DNA from: Octopus sinensis
Lineage: Eukaryota
Assembly (NCBI RefSeq): GCF_006345805.1
Contig: NC_042998.1
Location: forward strand, 115,444,001-115,508,000
Direction: 5' to 3'
DNA length: 64,000 nt
This document shows positions 1-11,962 of the stretch, piece after piece. Both the position numbers and the translations under genes were made by a program. Position 1 is the first letter of the stretch. Every line of letters begins with the position of its first letter. The notes under the pieces are model-generated. The model worked only from the letters and a program-made list of their open reading frames with translations. It had not been told where the DNA came from and made no database searches.

Positions 1-636
1 ACTGATATCAACATAATCCAAGTCTCTTTCTCTTTTTCTTTCTTTCTTTTGTTCTTTCTTTGTTTCTCTCTTCGTCTTTCAAACATATACACAGACACAC
101 AGACAAACACAGTCACACTCACACACACAAACACACACTAACACACAAACACACGCATCAGAAGTTGTAAGATTATGTACTCGTAAATACATTTGTCAAT
201 GAACTTCCAACAGTCTGAGTTTCTCAAGGTATCTTTTGTATGTTTTACATTTTTACAATATTACATGTATGATTCTACAAGTAGAAGTGATGTAATACGA
301 TATTCATATGTGAATGTATAAATGTTAATATCTAATCATCCTTGATCTCTCTCTCTCTCTCTCTCTCCACACACACATATATATATGTATATATGTGTGT
401 ATATATGTATATATATATATTTAATTAATCAATATAGGGTGGCAAAAAAATTTCGCAGAATTTTTTTGCCACCAGCGGCCTAGTGGGGAAAAAAGTAAAT
501 AGTCATAGACCATTTATAAATTCAACAGCAAAATTTAGGAACGGCCATAATAGGCCATTCAACCCACTAGAAATAACAGCCAAAGCTTCAACCGCAAAAC
601 AATATTAATTCCGTAAACCAGGAGAAAATTTAAAAA

Positions 637-688
<52 letters not shown>

Positions 689-689
<1 letters not shown>

Positions 690-993
690 GGAAGGCACGT
701 GGCTTAGAGGTTAGGGCAATCCGCTCACGATCGTATATTTATGAGTTCAATTCCCGGCGACGTGTTGTGTCCTTTATTTCACGTTGCTCCAGTCCACTCC
801 ACTGGCAAAAATGAGTAGTACCTGTATTTCACAGGGTCAGCCTTGTCACACTCTGTGTCACGCTGAATCCCCCTGAGAACTACGCTAAGGGTACAGGTGT
901 CTGTAGCGTGGTCAGCCACTTGCACGTTATTTTCCTGAGCAAGCTGTTCCGTTGATCGTATTAGCTGGGACCTTCGTCGCCATAACAGACGGA
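689..993 (+). mobile_element. tRNA-derived SINE, family B (Nin/Deu-like central domain suspected)
   Basis: A-box-like TGGCTTAGAGG and B-box-like GAGTTCAATTCC, then GTGTTGTGTCCT...TTTCACGTTGCTCCAGTCCACTC..GGCAAAAATGAGT, which resembles the Nin/Deu SINE domain; starts right after a (TA)n tract. Confidence 0.6.
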
Positions 994-1067
994 TTGTTCA
1001 TATATATAAATCAAAAGGGAATCTGTGTGGAAAGAAGAGATGAATTTGTGTGTGTTTGAGAGAGTGA

Positions 1068-1102
1068 GAAAGAAAGAAAGAAAGAAAAAAAGACAGAAAG
1101 AC

Positions 1103-1164
<62 letters not shown>
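1068..1164. repeat. (GAAA)n microsatellite
   Basis: Direct reading. Confidence 0.95.
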
Positions 1165-1169
1165 CGATC

Positions 1170-1900
1170 TGCAGTGTCTTGGTATCAATATGTGGTGAAA
1201 TTCCTTTTGTATGGAAAGTGCTGTGGAAGTCTCTGATTTTCTGGAAGCCTGTTAAATGAATAAAGACAAGTCTCATTCTAATTTCATGAAATATTGATAT
1301 GATCTGTAAAGAAAGTGTCAAGCCATAGAATCTTGTCATACCTTATTTCCAAGAGAAGTTCAGGAGACAGCAATTGACACAGAAATTACAGGTGACTGTT
1401 CTTCATGATGACGAGGACATCATTTACCTTGATTTTCTGGAATCTGATTGTACAATGAAGTGCGATCGGATGTATTGAAACATTCTGAGCCCTTAAATAA
1501 TCCATTAGGACAAAGGAAACGAACAAATATCTGAAAACGATCTATATTCCCCATGATGATGCGTGACTACACATATCTTTGGCAAAAAAAATCAATCAGA
1601 AAATCCGGTATATCAGTGGTTCCCTAGAGACTGTACAGCCTGGATCTCGCACTCTGCGCATGCTATCTGTTCAGTCCAGTGAAAAGTAGTTTCGGGGACA
1701 AAAGTTTAGTGACATAAACAAGGCGAAAGCGTCTACAGATCAGTTTAACGACGGTGCAAATGCTTGCGATAGAGACTAACATAATCTTTTATTTAGAAGA
1801 ATCGATACCCTAACGACATGAGCAATTTGAACGGCGTATGTCAGTTAAAAAAATGTTGACATTACGTCATGTATTCAGCAGAGCATAATTCACATAGTTT
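1170..1900 (+). mobile_element. Highly degraded mariner transposase remnant
   Basis: Broken frames read KLQVTVLHDDEDIIYLDFLESDCT (cf. KVMATVFWD.EGVI.VDFL..G.T), HDDA (cf. HDNA) and decayed PDLAPSD/GQKF region; many stops and indels. Confidence 0.55.
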
Positions 1901-4900
1901 TATAGTTCCTTTACATGCATTTGCTTTGGGGATTACGTTCCATTTTATATTGTACTGTTAGTGTTTGTTGTCAGGTTACAAATGCATGAGGAGGATCAGA
2001 TCTTTATCATTTTTTGTTTTCGACTTTTGTCTGGTGTTGGTTGTAACCGAGTGTGAGTGGAGTCCAGCAAATATTTTAGATGTGTTATTGATATTTGCAA
2101 TACTTTGGGGAACTCAGTCGTGAGCAAGGCAATTAAATTCCACGACACAGTTATTAATATGTACTCAGTTGCATTGGCTTTTCATTGGGAATGAGGACGC
2201 AAATTTTATTTAATATATATTAGATACTAGGGATATTATTTGTGAGACATATTTGAGTGGCAGCGTATAGACTGTAAATATAAATCAATGAGGAGAACGT
2301 GTGAATACTGAAGCCTGACAAAATGGTTCCTCAGCTGCTTATGATTCTATTCCATCAAGCTCCAATGGCAAATAATTTGTTTAAATTTCCAACAGCTTGA
2401 TAATTACCAGAAAGTATTCAACAAAAATACTCAACTACAATTTAAAACATGATTAATATAAATAACATGTAATTCATATCACTTTTTTTTTATTATTGAC
2501 ATTTAAGTCAGTTATCGATATGCACAGCATATATTATTTAGAAATGTCATAAATAAATCACTTGTATTTTTTCTTCGTATTTGCCTCAAAAGTCATCAAG
2601 CTCTCATACAACAGCGTCATTATCTTCACAGAAACTGACTGCTATTTAGCCTTCACTTGTGATTATATTTCCGTTGACCAGAAAATTTTTCTCATTTTGC
2701 CAGTAATTTCGCTTTATGCACGATATGAAACAATAGCTCCATATGTCACTCGACTCATTATATCATTCAGTTTCAGTACTGAAATATTTTGTTGTTAGAG
2801 TTACTCAGTGCGATGGGAATTTGAATTACAACAAAGGACATCAGTTCTAAACTTTTGTACACACTGCAATGTAATTTGTTGTTAATGTCCACACCAGGAA
2901 AGAATGCATTTCTTTGAATTCTGGTGGGCTTTTCTGAGGAAGTGTGAGTACAAGATTGCTATGCATTTCTGTTAAAACTTTGCGCTTTCAGTAAGGGTCG
3001 GTTCATCGTTGATTCTCTTTAGTAATCGGTCGTTTGGAGGTGGCGGAGGATATTTTAGAGGACATATAACTGTACCATTTTTTACAGGTACTGCAGAGAA
3101 TCGTACCAAATAAATTTCTAGACGCTTAATTTAGACCGTCTAGAAAATAAAAGGCAAGGTAAGACACACACAAATTAATAAAAAAACAACATAATACTAA
3201 GATCTAATCCGTTTAACACTCTAAACTAACAATAAGCAAACAGTGAAACCAAAGAACCTTTCCCTCAAAAAAAGAAAAAGAAAAGGAAAAAATGTAAACA
3301 ACAAAGAAATTTGAAAGTTATAGTCACCCACAAAAGAAGCAACAAAAAATTCTACTACAAAAAGAAATCCCCAATGTTCCGCTTATCAATAATCTACGAA
3401 GAACTGATAATGTTGCTGCTATGTTGTGGACTTTCCGTAATCTATAATTCATAAGGTTCCAACATCACTTCTGTTTGTTATGGCTATTGTTTTAGTTGTA
3501 TGTTTACTGGTTTTTATAATGCTTCTTCCTCTTCTCAGTGTCAATTAGACTACGCAGCAATCAGCAAAACTGTTTACTCTCTTTTCCTGTCGTATTAATG
3601 CATTTTCCATTCTCCCCCTCACTGTCCCTTCTAACTTCTATCATCTTCATCTTCCCTTTCTTTTCGTTCAACTTTTTCCTCTTCCCCTCTGCTTTGTTTG
3701 CCAATTTAACATAGTTACTAATTAGTATATTATGCTAAATTATAAATTATCACGTATTTGTTGCCCTCTAACCGAACTGAGTGTAATGTACTGATGGTGT
3801 ATGTTGTTGCTGATGTTGTTGATGCTGCAGTTGTCATTGCTACCGTTGTTTAGCCTTAGGTCAGCGCTGATCAAGCACTCCTATGTCGGCGTTCTTGTTG
3901 GTGATGACATGATTGCTTGCTATTGTTGTTATTATTGTAATGTTTATCTGCACCGTTATTGTTGTTGCTCTTGTTCTTGTAGTTGTTACCACATTTAGTT
4001 TTTGCACCGAAGTTGTAACAATGTTGGTGCTGTCCTCGTTCTTGGTGTAGTCGTAAGTTTTGCAAGTGTTTTGGTACGTGTTGTAATTTTATCTCAAGTT
4101 AACTCTGATCAAGTACATCGATGCTCGAAAGCGTTCCAGTCGAATCTATACCAAAATATTGACCTTTCTGGAATTGTATGGTGTACATTATGCCGTGGTT
4201 GTGTGAAAAAAAAAACACAAAAAAAACGGGAGAGCCACGGCTAGAACTCGCGCTTAACTAGGTTTAGGAAACAGAGAAACATAACACAATATAGTTCCTG
4301 ATACAAAAAAAAATATAGAAATGACCACTGCCAGAACGTATTATTTGGTTATAGATCTGTTCGACAAGGGCTGGTATTGAGTTGGACAACAATAATATCT
4401 CTTTCTCTCTCTCGGATGTCTTTACCGGAGACATTCCAAAAAACAAGCATCCTTTACCTAAAAACGGGATGTCAAAAGCATATATATGCTAACTATACTG
4501 CCCACCACAATGCTAAGCTAACTTATTATAGCTTTATATAAAACCTCGATATTCTATATTATGGAGTGGAGAAAGAGAGATATGCTTTTTATCCTACAGA
4601 TGAGCAGTAAACAAACTGTGGAACGGTCCATCAGGCGACTACACCGCGCTCTTTTTTTTTTCTCATCACAAAGCAAAGAAGGGATGTGTTTATATTCATA
4701 TTTCTCTTTTAGCTACGTTTTCTAGTATGTAAAGGATGTTCGATCTTTAGCTGAGGTAGCATTTTACCGTAAAGTACTAATCAAATTTTATTTGAATATT
4801 AGAATGCCGACGGTGGATTCATTTAGAAAGCAATGGAACATGTTCAATACCATTAGCTTTGTATTCCACTTATTTTGATTAAGGTGAATTTCATTTCGGG

Positions 4901-4964
4901 TATTTTTTTTAATAATTTTTTAAGAAATGGAGGTCCCCACACGATAGCACCTATCTATATCAAG

Positions 4965-4978
4965 ATACACATACACAA

Positions 4979-5017
<39 letters not shown>

Positions 5018-5240
5018 CACACACATACAAATATATATCTGTACATATATGTGTGTATACATATATATGTATATATGTATATATATATATATACATATAT
5101 GTATATATATTTATATATATATATATATATGCATATGTATATATATGTATGTATACACACACATACACACATATATACGTATGTATATATATGTATATAT
5201 ATATATATATTTACAAACATGTATATACATGCATATATGA
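4965..5240. repeat. Compound (CA)n/(TA)n microsatellite
   Basis: Direct reading; explains ORFs 4875-5473. Confidence 0.95.
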
Positions 5241-5518
5241 AAACGACTTGTAAAATAGATACAGAAATTCGAAAGATTATTTGCTCCAGTGCTAGAACGC
5301 TTGTCATGCCTACAGGAACTGTGGATTTATGTCCTACGCGGAGATTTCGACTCAATATATCTACCCAATATTTTCAACCTATTTTCATGCTAATATTTAT
5401 GGCTTTATGCGCTTCGGAATGTAATGTTCCACAAGAAAATTATTTCGCGTTCTCTTCTCGAAAGTTCTTATAGAGTCGGAACACATACTAAACATAATCT
5501 GGCAAGCGTTCATACATA

Positions 5519-5872
5519 CGAGGGAAGTCAAAGATTGTCTGCACTTTCGCCATAACCACCTCTCGATCTGGCTAAATCTTCACGTCAGTGGTGGAGGTTG
5601 ACGGGCGTCCTGCTCCCTCTTAGTGTGTCACGGTTGTCCGGCCACTTTTAAACTTCCGACCAGAGAAATTGGATCACTGCTCTTTGTCTTTCTAGGGTGC
5701 ACATTGCAATGCATACATTGTAAAACCGGAAAGCAAAATGGCGCGATCAGGCTCAAACTTCGATCACGTGACCACAATGATACCAACTATAAGCACGCTT
5801 GCGCAGAAAGCAGTGTGACAATAATAAAGATATGTTATGGCGAAAGTGCGGATAACATTTTACTTACCCTCG
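5519..5872 (-). mobile_element. Internally deleted mariner (MITE-like, 354 bp)
   Basis: TA-flanked ~40-bp TIRs (CGAGGGAAGTCAAAGATTGTCTGCACTTTCGCCATAAC vs reverse complement of GTTATGGCGAAAGTGCGGATAACATTTTACTTACCCTCG); minus strand retains KFKSGRTTVTH*EGAGRPST of the transposase N-terminus. Confidence 0.85.
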
Positions 5873-5913
5873 TACATGCTTATGTACATACACATATATA
5901 TAACTATATACAT

Positions 5914-6047
5914 AGGCGAGGGCGTGTCTATGTGGTAAAAAGTTTGCTTCCCAACCAAATTCGGCAAGTAATTTGTGCTATCGCTTCGAGCCGACGAACG
6001 CCTTGCGAGTGGATTTGGTTGACGGAAACTGAAATAATCTGGTCGTA
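5914..6047 (+). mobile_element. SINE family A, 5' part with internal deletion
   Basis: Matches the head and GGATTTGGT.GACGGAAACTGAAA block of the intact copy at 50320. Confidence 0.7.
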
Positions 6048-6373
6048 TATATCCCTACCTTCGAAACGCGGAGTAGATAAAACAGGGGACTACTGATGAA
6101 AGGAATGTTCTTTATGTTGCTTGTCTCGTTTCTCTATTTGTTTCTTTCGTTGTTCGAAAAAAAGTTCATTTTCTATGTCTTTGTTTTTTGTGTTCTCGTT
6201 TCCAATTTTGTTGACGTTCTTTGATGTCCTGTACCCATATATGCATGTATGTATACATATATATGTAGGTATGTACATATAAGTATGTATATATGAACAT
6301 ATTTATATATTATTTATATTATATTGTATATATATATGTGTGTGTGTGTATATATGTATGTGTATATATATAT

Positions 6374-7326
6374 ATCCTTAAATCCTTAAAAATGTTGTAG
6401 CCCGGAGGCCGCGGCCATGCTGGGGCACCACCGCTGAATGAGCTACACTAATTTGTGAATCCACCTCTGATACGTGGCACTTGATCAACAAGGGAGTTCG
6501 ATGCTGCTGCCCGCATCCGCGTCTCCTGTCGTGAGGTAGGTTAATCTGGGACTCCCAACAAGAAGAGATCCAGTTTAGTTTTAAAGAAACCCACAACCAC
6601 ACCATGTAAGTCTCTCAGGCATTTAGGGAGGATGTTAAAGAGCTGTGGTCCTCTGAAACCCAAGCTGTTGCAGTATCTGGACCTGTATTTTGATGGTGAT
6701 GTTGGAATCCTTGGCACCACGCAGCGGCGCCCTGTTCTGCGGTTGGGGTAACTTTGAATGCCAAAGTTTGGGACAAGACCCTCCAGGATTTTCCAGATGT
6801 ATATCACCGCATATCTCTCCCGCCTCCGCTCTAGGGAGAAGAGGTTTAATACCTTCAGTCTTTCCCAGTAGCTGATATTTTGCATTGAGACGATTTTCTT
6901 TGTGTAGCTTCTCTGAATTGCTTCGAGTTCTGCTGTTAGTTTTATATTGTGTTGTGACTACAGTTGGGAGCAGTAGTCCAAGCGGCTGAGGACGAATGTT
7001 TTCCATAGGACCATCAGTGTCTCCTTCTCTCTTGTTCTGAAAGTTCGGAGAATCCATCCAGCTAGCCGTCTGCATTTTATCAGCAGATTAGCAATATGCA
7101 CTTGGAAAGATGCATCATTGCTCATGTCAATGCCCAGATCACGCACTGATTTTGACTCAGGGATTGCAATTCTTCCTGGGCCAGTGTATCCAGTCTTCAC
7201 GTCGTTTACCTTTGTGTGCCAGTAGCGCAGGGCCTGGAACTTACCTGCATTAAACTGCATGTTGTTGTCCTCAGCCCACCTGTATATTGTGTCCAGCTCA
7301 TGTTGCAGATGCGCAATATAAGTGCA
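6374..7326 (-). mobile_element. 5'-truncated CR1-like LINE (RT C-terminus, 3' UTR and tail)
   Basis: Minus-strand frames LQHELDTIYRWAEDNNMQFNAGKFQ...VRDLGIDMS...RLDYCSQL and ISYWERLKVLNLFSLERRRER...CNSLGFRGPQLFNILP, typical of CR1-type ORF2 thumb region; short (TTAAGGAT) tail at 6374-6390. Confidence 0.85.
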
Positions 7327-7356
7327 TATATATATTATATATATATATATATATGA

Positions 7357-7577
7357 GTTTGTGTGTCTGTGTATCTTTGTGCTTATCTCCCCACAGCTTG
7401 ACAACCGGTGTCGGTGTGTTTATGTCCCTGTATCATATTCGATTGTATAGGTACCAGACTTAAAATATAAACAAAAGTAAATACTGGGATGGGTTCATTC
7501 GACTAAATTTCTTCATTGCGATGCCCCAGCGTGGCCGCAATTTAACAATTGAAACAAATAAAAGATAAAAGATAAAA
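7357..7577 (+). mobile_element. SINE family A, 3' half
   Basis: GCTTGACAACCGGTG...CGACTAAA...GCCCCAGCGTGGCCGC...GAAACAAATAAAAGATAAAAGATAAAA matches 3' half of the 50320 copy. Confidence 0.7.
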
Positions 7578-7999
7578 ATATATTTGCATACAAGTATCCA
7601 TATATAAGAATGCTTGTATGTAGTGTTTCATTGATAATGGCGAATATATACAGATTCATAACAGTACACACACAAGCATAAACACACGAGCACGAAGGAA
7701 TTCATACATTCACAAATACGCATAATTCATTCAGATTGTAACATATCTTCTCCACATATTAACTGCCACGAAGATGATGAAATTATGAACGGAAAGCAAA
7801 TTTTCCAAACACAGACATTCGTCGGTATAGCTCAATGTAAAGTTTACTATATAATATTGATGTGTGTTCTATTCATATATATCAACGTCCAGCGTCATAT
7901 CAGATTAGAGAACAGAGATGATAATTCAACATTCAGACTGATATTGTTGATTTGGTCAACATACATTTTTGTAATGTGTTGATATGACTTCACACTTAC

Positions 8000-8012
8000 C
8001 GTTTACCTGTCA
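8000..8012 (-). CDS. Candidate micro-exon (6 nt 8007-8012 or 13 nt 8000-8012)
   Basis: Minus strand: long pyrimidine-rich tract ending TTTACAG, then TGACAG|GTAAAC or TGACAGGTAAACG|GTAAGT. Splice signals only. Confidence 0.3.
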
Positions 8013-8099
8013 CTGTAAATATATAACCAGAGACAGAATACAGAAACAGTCACTAGTTTCATTGTTTGTTTGATTTTAATGATGATCATGATGACGATA

Positions 8100-8540
8100 A
8101 TGATGCTGGTGATGATGATATACTCTATCAATTTGTCTTCTTCTTTTTCTTCTTTTTCTTTCTCCTTTTCTTCAGATTTCTTCATCAATTTCATCTCTTC
8201 CTCCCTTTCCTTCTTTCTTCCTTCTTCTTTCCCCCTCTTCTTCCTCTTTCTGTTCCCTTACTCCCCTCCGCTGTCTTTTGTTTCATCATTTTCCTTTATC
8301 TTCACCTCCTCTACCTCTTCCTCCTCCCATTCCTTCTTTTCCCCTTTTTCTCCTCCTGCTATTCCCCTACTCTCTTCCACCTTCTTCTTTATTATCATCA
8401 TTATCATCATCTTCTTCTTCTTCTTCTTCTTCTTCTTCTTCTTCTTCTTCATCATCATCATCATCATCATCATCATCTTCTTCTTCTTCTTCTTCTTCAA
8501 CTTCTTCTTCATCATCCTCCTCCTCATCATCATCATCATC

Positions 8541-8573
<33 letters not shown>

Positions 8574-8603
8574 TTCTTCTTCTTCATCATCCTCATCATC
8601 ATC

Positions 8604-8664
<61 letters not shown>

Positions 8665-8742
8665 ATCATCATCATCATCATCTTCTTCTTCTTCTTCTTC
8701 AACTTCTTCTTCATCATCCTCCTCCTCATCATCATCATCATC

Positions 8743-8793
<51 letters not shown>

Positions 8794-8823
8794 TTCTTCT
8801 TCTTCATCATCCTCATCATCATC

Positions 8824-8898
<75 letters not shown>

Positions 8899-8925
8899 TT
8901 CTTCTTCTTCTTCTTCTTCTTCGTT
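8100..8925. repeat. Compound (CTT)n/(CAT)n trinucleotide tract
   Basis: Direct reading; source of the poly-S/H/I/M/D pseudo-ORFs 8066-9117. Confidence 0.95.
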
Positions 8926-9353
8926 ATTACTGTTCTTTTTGCTGTTGTTTTCTTTGTCTCATTGTCACTATTGCTTTCTTTGCTACAGTTGTTCTTGTTA
9001 TTGTTGTTTCGGTCATACCGTTGTCATTGCTGTTCTCTCTCCTCTCCCGTATGCTATTTCCATTCTACACCATCCAGTAATTCCATACACAAAGCAAAAT
9101 TGCTGATGTTTCTCTAAATATCTATACGAAACGGTGGATAAACTTGTTTTTTTTTCCCTCCCCGCTAATGTTATTGTTCTTCTCCTTCTTGAAGCTACAG
9201 AGGTGCCTGCAACTATTTTTGACGTTGCTATGGGGAATTTTTGTTGTTGTTGTCGTTGATATTTTGCAATGCATTACTGTCAAATGGATATGACAGCTGT
9301 TTCTGGAAATACCCACACCAGACAGCATTTATTGATACAGTAGAAATGCTTCC

Positions 9354-9401
<48 letters not shown>

Positions 9402-9679
9402 TCTTGTTGTTTTTAGTGGTGGTGGTGGTGATGGTGGTAGCGGTGTTAGTGGTGAGATTGAGATAGGAGGCGATGGAAGCAGAGGCGGAGTTTGCTCCCT
9501 ATCGGAAGTCGTTACTTGAACATGAAAGTAATGAAATTTTCTTTCTGGACATATCTTTCTTTCTATCACCCTAACTCTCACTCTCTTTATTACCCACTCT
9601 CTCTTTACCTCTTCACCCTCTCTCTCTCTCTCTCTCACGGACACATACTCATTTCACTCCCCGTTTGTAAATATGTTTA

Positions 9680-10740
9680 AATATGACAAAGAACAAACCG
9701 AATCCAGCCAACTTCTCCCCAATTACTTCGACAAAGAGCCATAATCCCATCGTCTGTGCCTTAACAACACACGTTAACGACGCTGACTATATCTTAACCC
9801 ACTTCAGCTTATTCTCTATTAGCTCAAGGCATTTAAAGTACATAGGACTTTCATGTTTCCCGTGCATTTTAGGCGAACTCTGCACAGGAATCACCACAAC
9901 GATGGACTATCATCCCTTAAGTTGTTCCTAAACAACCTCCCCTATTCATAACCAACACCTACCCTCACCTAGCTCATCTTTGCTTTCCATTGCTTTTCAT
10001 TAACGGTATCACTATGGACTCTATGATGAACCCAGATCACGTAAATCTTTCAATATATAAACACATACGTATGTAAATGAATATTTTTACCTATCTACCA
10101 GTCTGTCTGTCTGTCTGCCTATCAATCTATCTATCTGTCTGTCTGTCACTCTGTCTGTCACTGATATGTGCTCACTCCAGTGGCTCCATTCAATTTTCCA
10201 GACGGCAGCTGGTAGCTTTGCCCTCACATTAGCTTTCTTTACTCATCCCAAAACTTAACTTCTGCTCTATCTAGTATTTCTATTAACTATCTAGATATAT
10301 CTATCACCACAGGACATTTCACTTTGGGATACTACAATCTCATTGGTTCTCAGCCTTTCTCTATTTATTCCACCTGCTACTCTTGACACATCAAATCTGC
10401 CCTTCACTGATTTTGCTGGTTATACATCAAAGATCTTATCCTCAGCCCCAAAACTGAAGAAATGCATCACACTTTCTTCAATCGAGAGTATTCTTAGTTG
10501 GTTGTGGAGCGACTTCCTCTCTTCTATCGTTTATATGCACACCTATCCCCGATTCCCATCCATCCGGCCACCCTCTCATTGGAATACATTCCTATATATT
10601 TTCAAAAACTCTATTGCTTATGTAAGTGCTTTAAACCGCACTTAGACCTTGTGTCCATACCCTGTCCCTATACCAGTAATGTCACCAGTTCCAAATCTTA
10701 GTCAGCACATGATCTACTTCCATGGTGAAGCTCAATACAT
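9680..10740 (-). mobile_element. Very degraded LINE remnant (ORF1 end/endonuclease-like), split by a microsatellite
   Basis: Weak motif resemblance only (EERKSLHNQLRI; NWGEKL); many stops. Confidence 0.3.
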
Positions 10741-10954
10741 ATTTGTGAAATATAAGCCTGTAAATATTTTTATTGCTTAACTTTATTCATGAAGTCTCCA
10801 CGCGTTAGTTAACAGACATATGCATGTAACTTTGTATTTGTATATATACATGGGAATTACACATGCATGTTTCAATTGTAGGATTTATTAATTCGTCTGA
10901 CACTAGTCATACTATAACAAACTGGTTAAACAAAGAGTTAACAATGATTTAAAG

Positions 10955-11299
10955 CAGGGGTTCCTAACCATTGTTTTATCTATAGATCGCTTTGATTACT
11001 ATTTTATTCTGGTGGACCTCTGTAGCCATTCGATACTTACAAACTAGTTTTATAGAAACTTCCTTAAAAATTCCCATTTTGTTTTTCACAACTTGTATTG
11101 GTTGTACTATGTAAGATATTAGAGTAAGAACCCTATCTGTTTCTTGCAATACATACCAATACAAACATCTAAAACGAAATTTTTCAGGGGCCCTTAAATT
11201 ACTATTGTAGATCTCCTATTTACTATTTTATTGCATGGAACCCCACCAAAAAGACTTATATAGACCCTTAGGGGCTATAAGGACTACGGTTGAGAACTG
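10955..11299. mobile_element. hAT (Charlie-like) MITE
   Basis: Ends CAGGGGTTCCTAACC ... GGTTGAGAAC(CCC deleted)TG; flanking 8-mers ATTTAAAG (10947-10954) and ATTTAGAA (11300-11307) match 6/8, consistent with an aged 8-bp TSD. Confidence 0.7.
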
Positions 11300-11402
11300 A
11301 TTTAGAACATTCAGGGCAGACGAAATAGTCTACCTGATGAAATAAGAAACAGAGTTGAAGAATACAGAAATATTCCCATAAAATAAATATGCATGCGATT
11401 AC

Positions 11403-11588
11403 CTATGAGTATCCTGATATGGCACCTATCTAAGAACCGAAAATGCAACTCGTTCACTCGGGCGGATTTTGAAATTTTCAAGCAGACAGTATAACTTCCT
11501 TCTAATTTTGGTACAACGCTAGTAATTTCAAGAACATGGAGGGATTCATTTACAGCAACCCAAGCATTTGACTCATAATTTTTCGATC
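11403..11588 (-). CDS. Internal coding exon, Ig-like domain C-terminal half (unidentified host gene)
   Basis: Acceptor CTTTATCTTACATTCTTTCAG|, donor |GTAATC, 186 nt, phase 1-1, open: (G)SKNYESNAWVAVNESLHVLEITSVVPKLEGSYTVCLKISKSARVNELHFRFLDRCHIRILI; LEITSVVPKLEGSYTVC resembles the Ig E-F strand motif L.I..V...D.G.Y.C. Confidence 0.6.
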
Positions 11589-11962
11589 CTGAAAGAATGT
11601 AAGATAAAGTCAATTTTAACAGCTCAGTATTTTGTCCGCTGCAGTGTTGAGCCTACCAGCTCGCTACCGTACAGCAAGTAATATTGTCCGAGAAGAAGCA
11701 TGTAATACAACACACCCAAGCGCGCTCAGTAATACATGGACGCGTGCGAGCGCGTGTGTATGTGTGAAAGCGAGCGTGTTTGCGTGTGTTTATGTGTGTG
11801 CGTGTGTGTGTGTATGTGTATGTGTGTATGTATTGAATATTAATTATTGCGAGTGAGTTAGTAAAAACAGTGAAACATTGCTTTAGAAATGTTTAGTTAG
11901 TTTTGACATTTTGGGGTAATCTATACTTTTACGACGATATATAACACCCTGCTATACTTATA

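Noticed and set aside
3088-3158. Plus-strand stretch with good acceptor and donor
   Set aside because: Stops in all three frames; a non-coding exon cannot be supported from sequence alone.
4002-4244. Plus-strand ORF with faint F-box-like wording (LYQNIDLS)
   Set aside because: Too short and weak, starts in a degenerate (TTG) tract, no splice support.
6055-6115. GAAACGCG ... CTGATGA arrangement suggesting a type II hammerhead
   Set aside because: U16.1 is G, the 10.1-11.1 pair is absent and stem I does not close on the core; more likely a decayed retroelement tail.
8066-9117. Longest ORFs in the track (up to 346 aa) and all poly-amino-acid or dipeptide ORFs
   Set aside because: They are translations of microsatellites, open in several frames and strands at once, with no splice or domain support.
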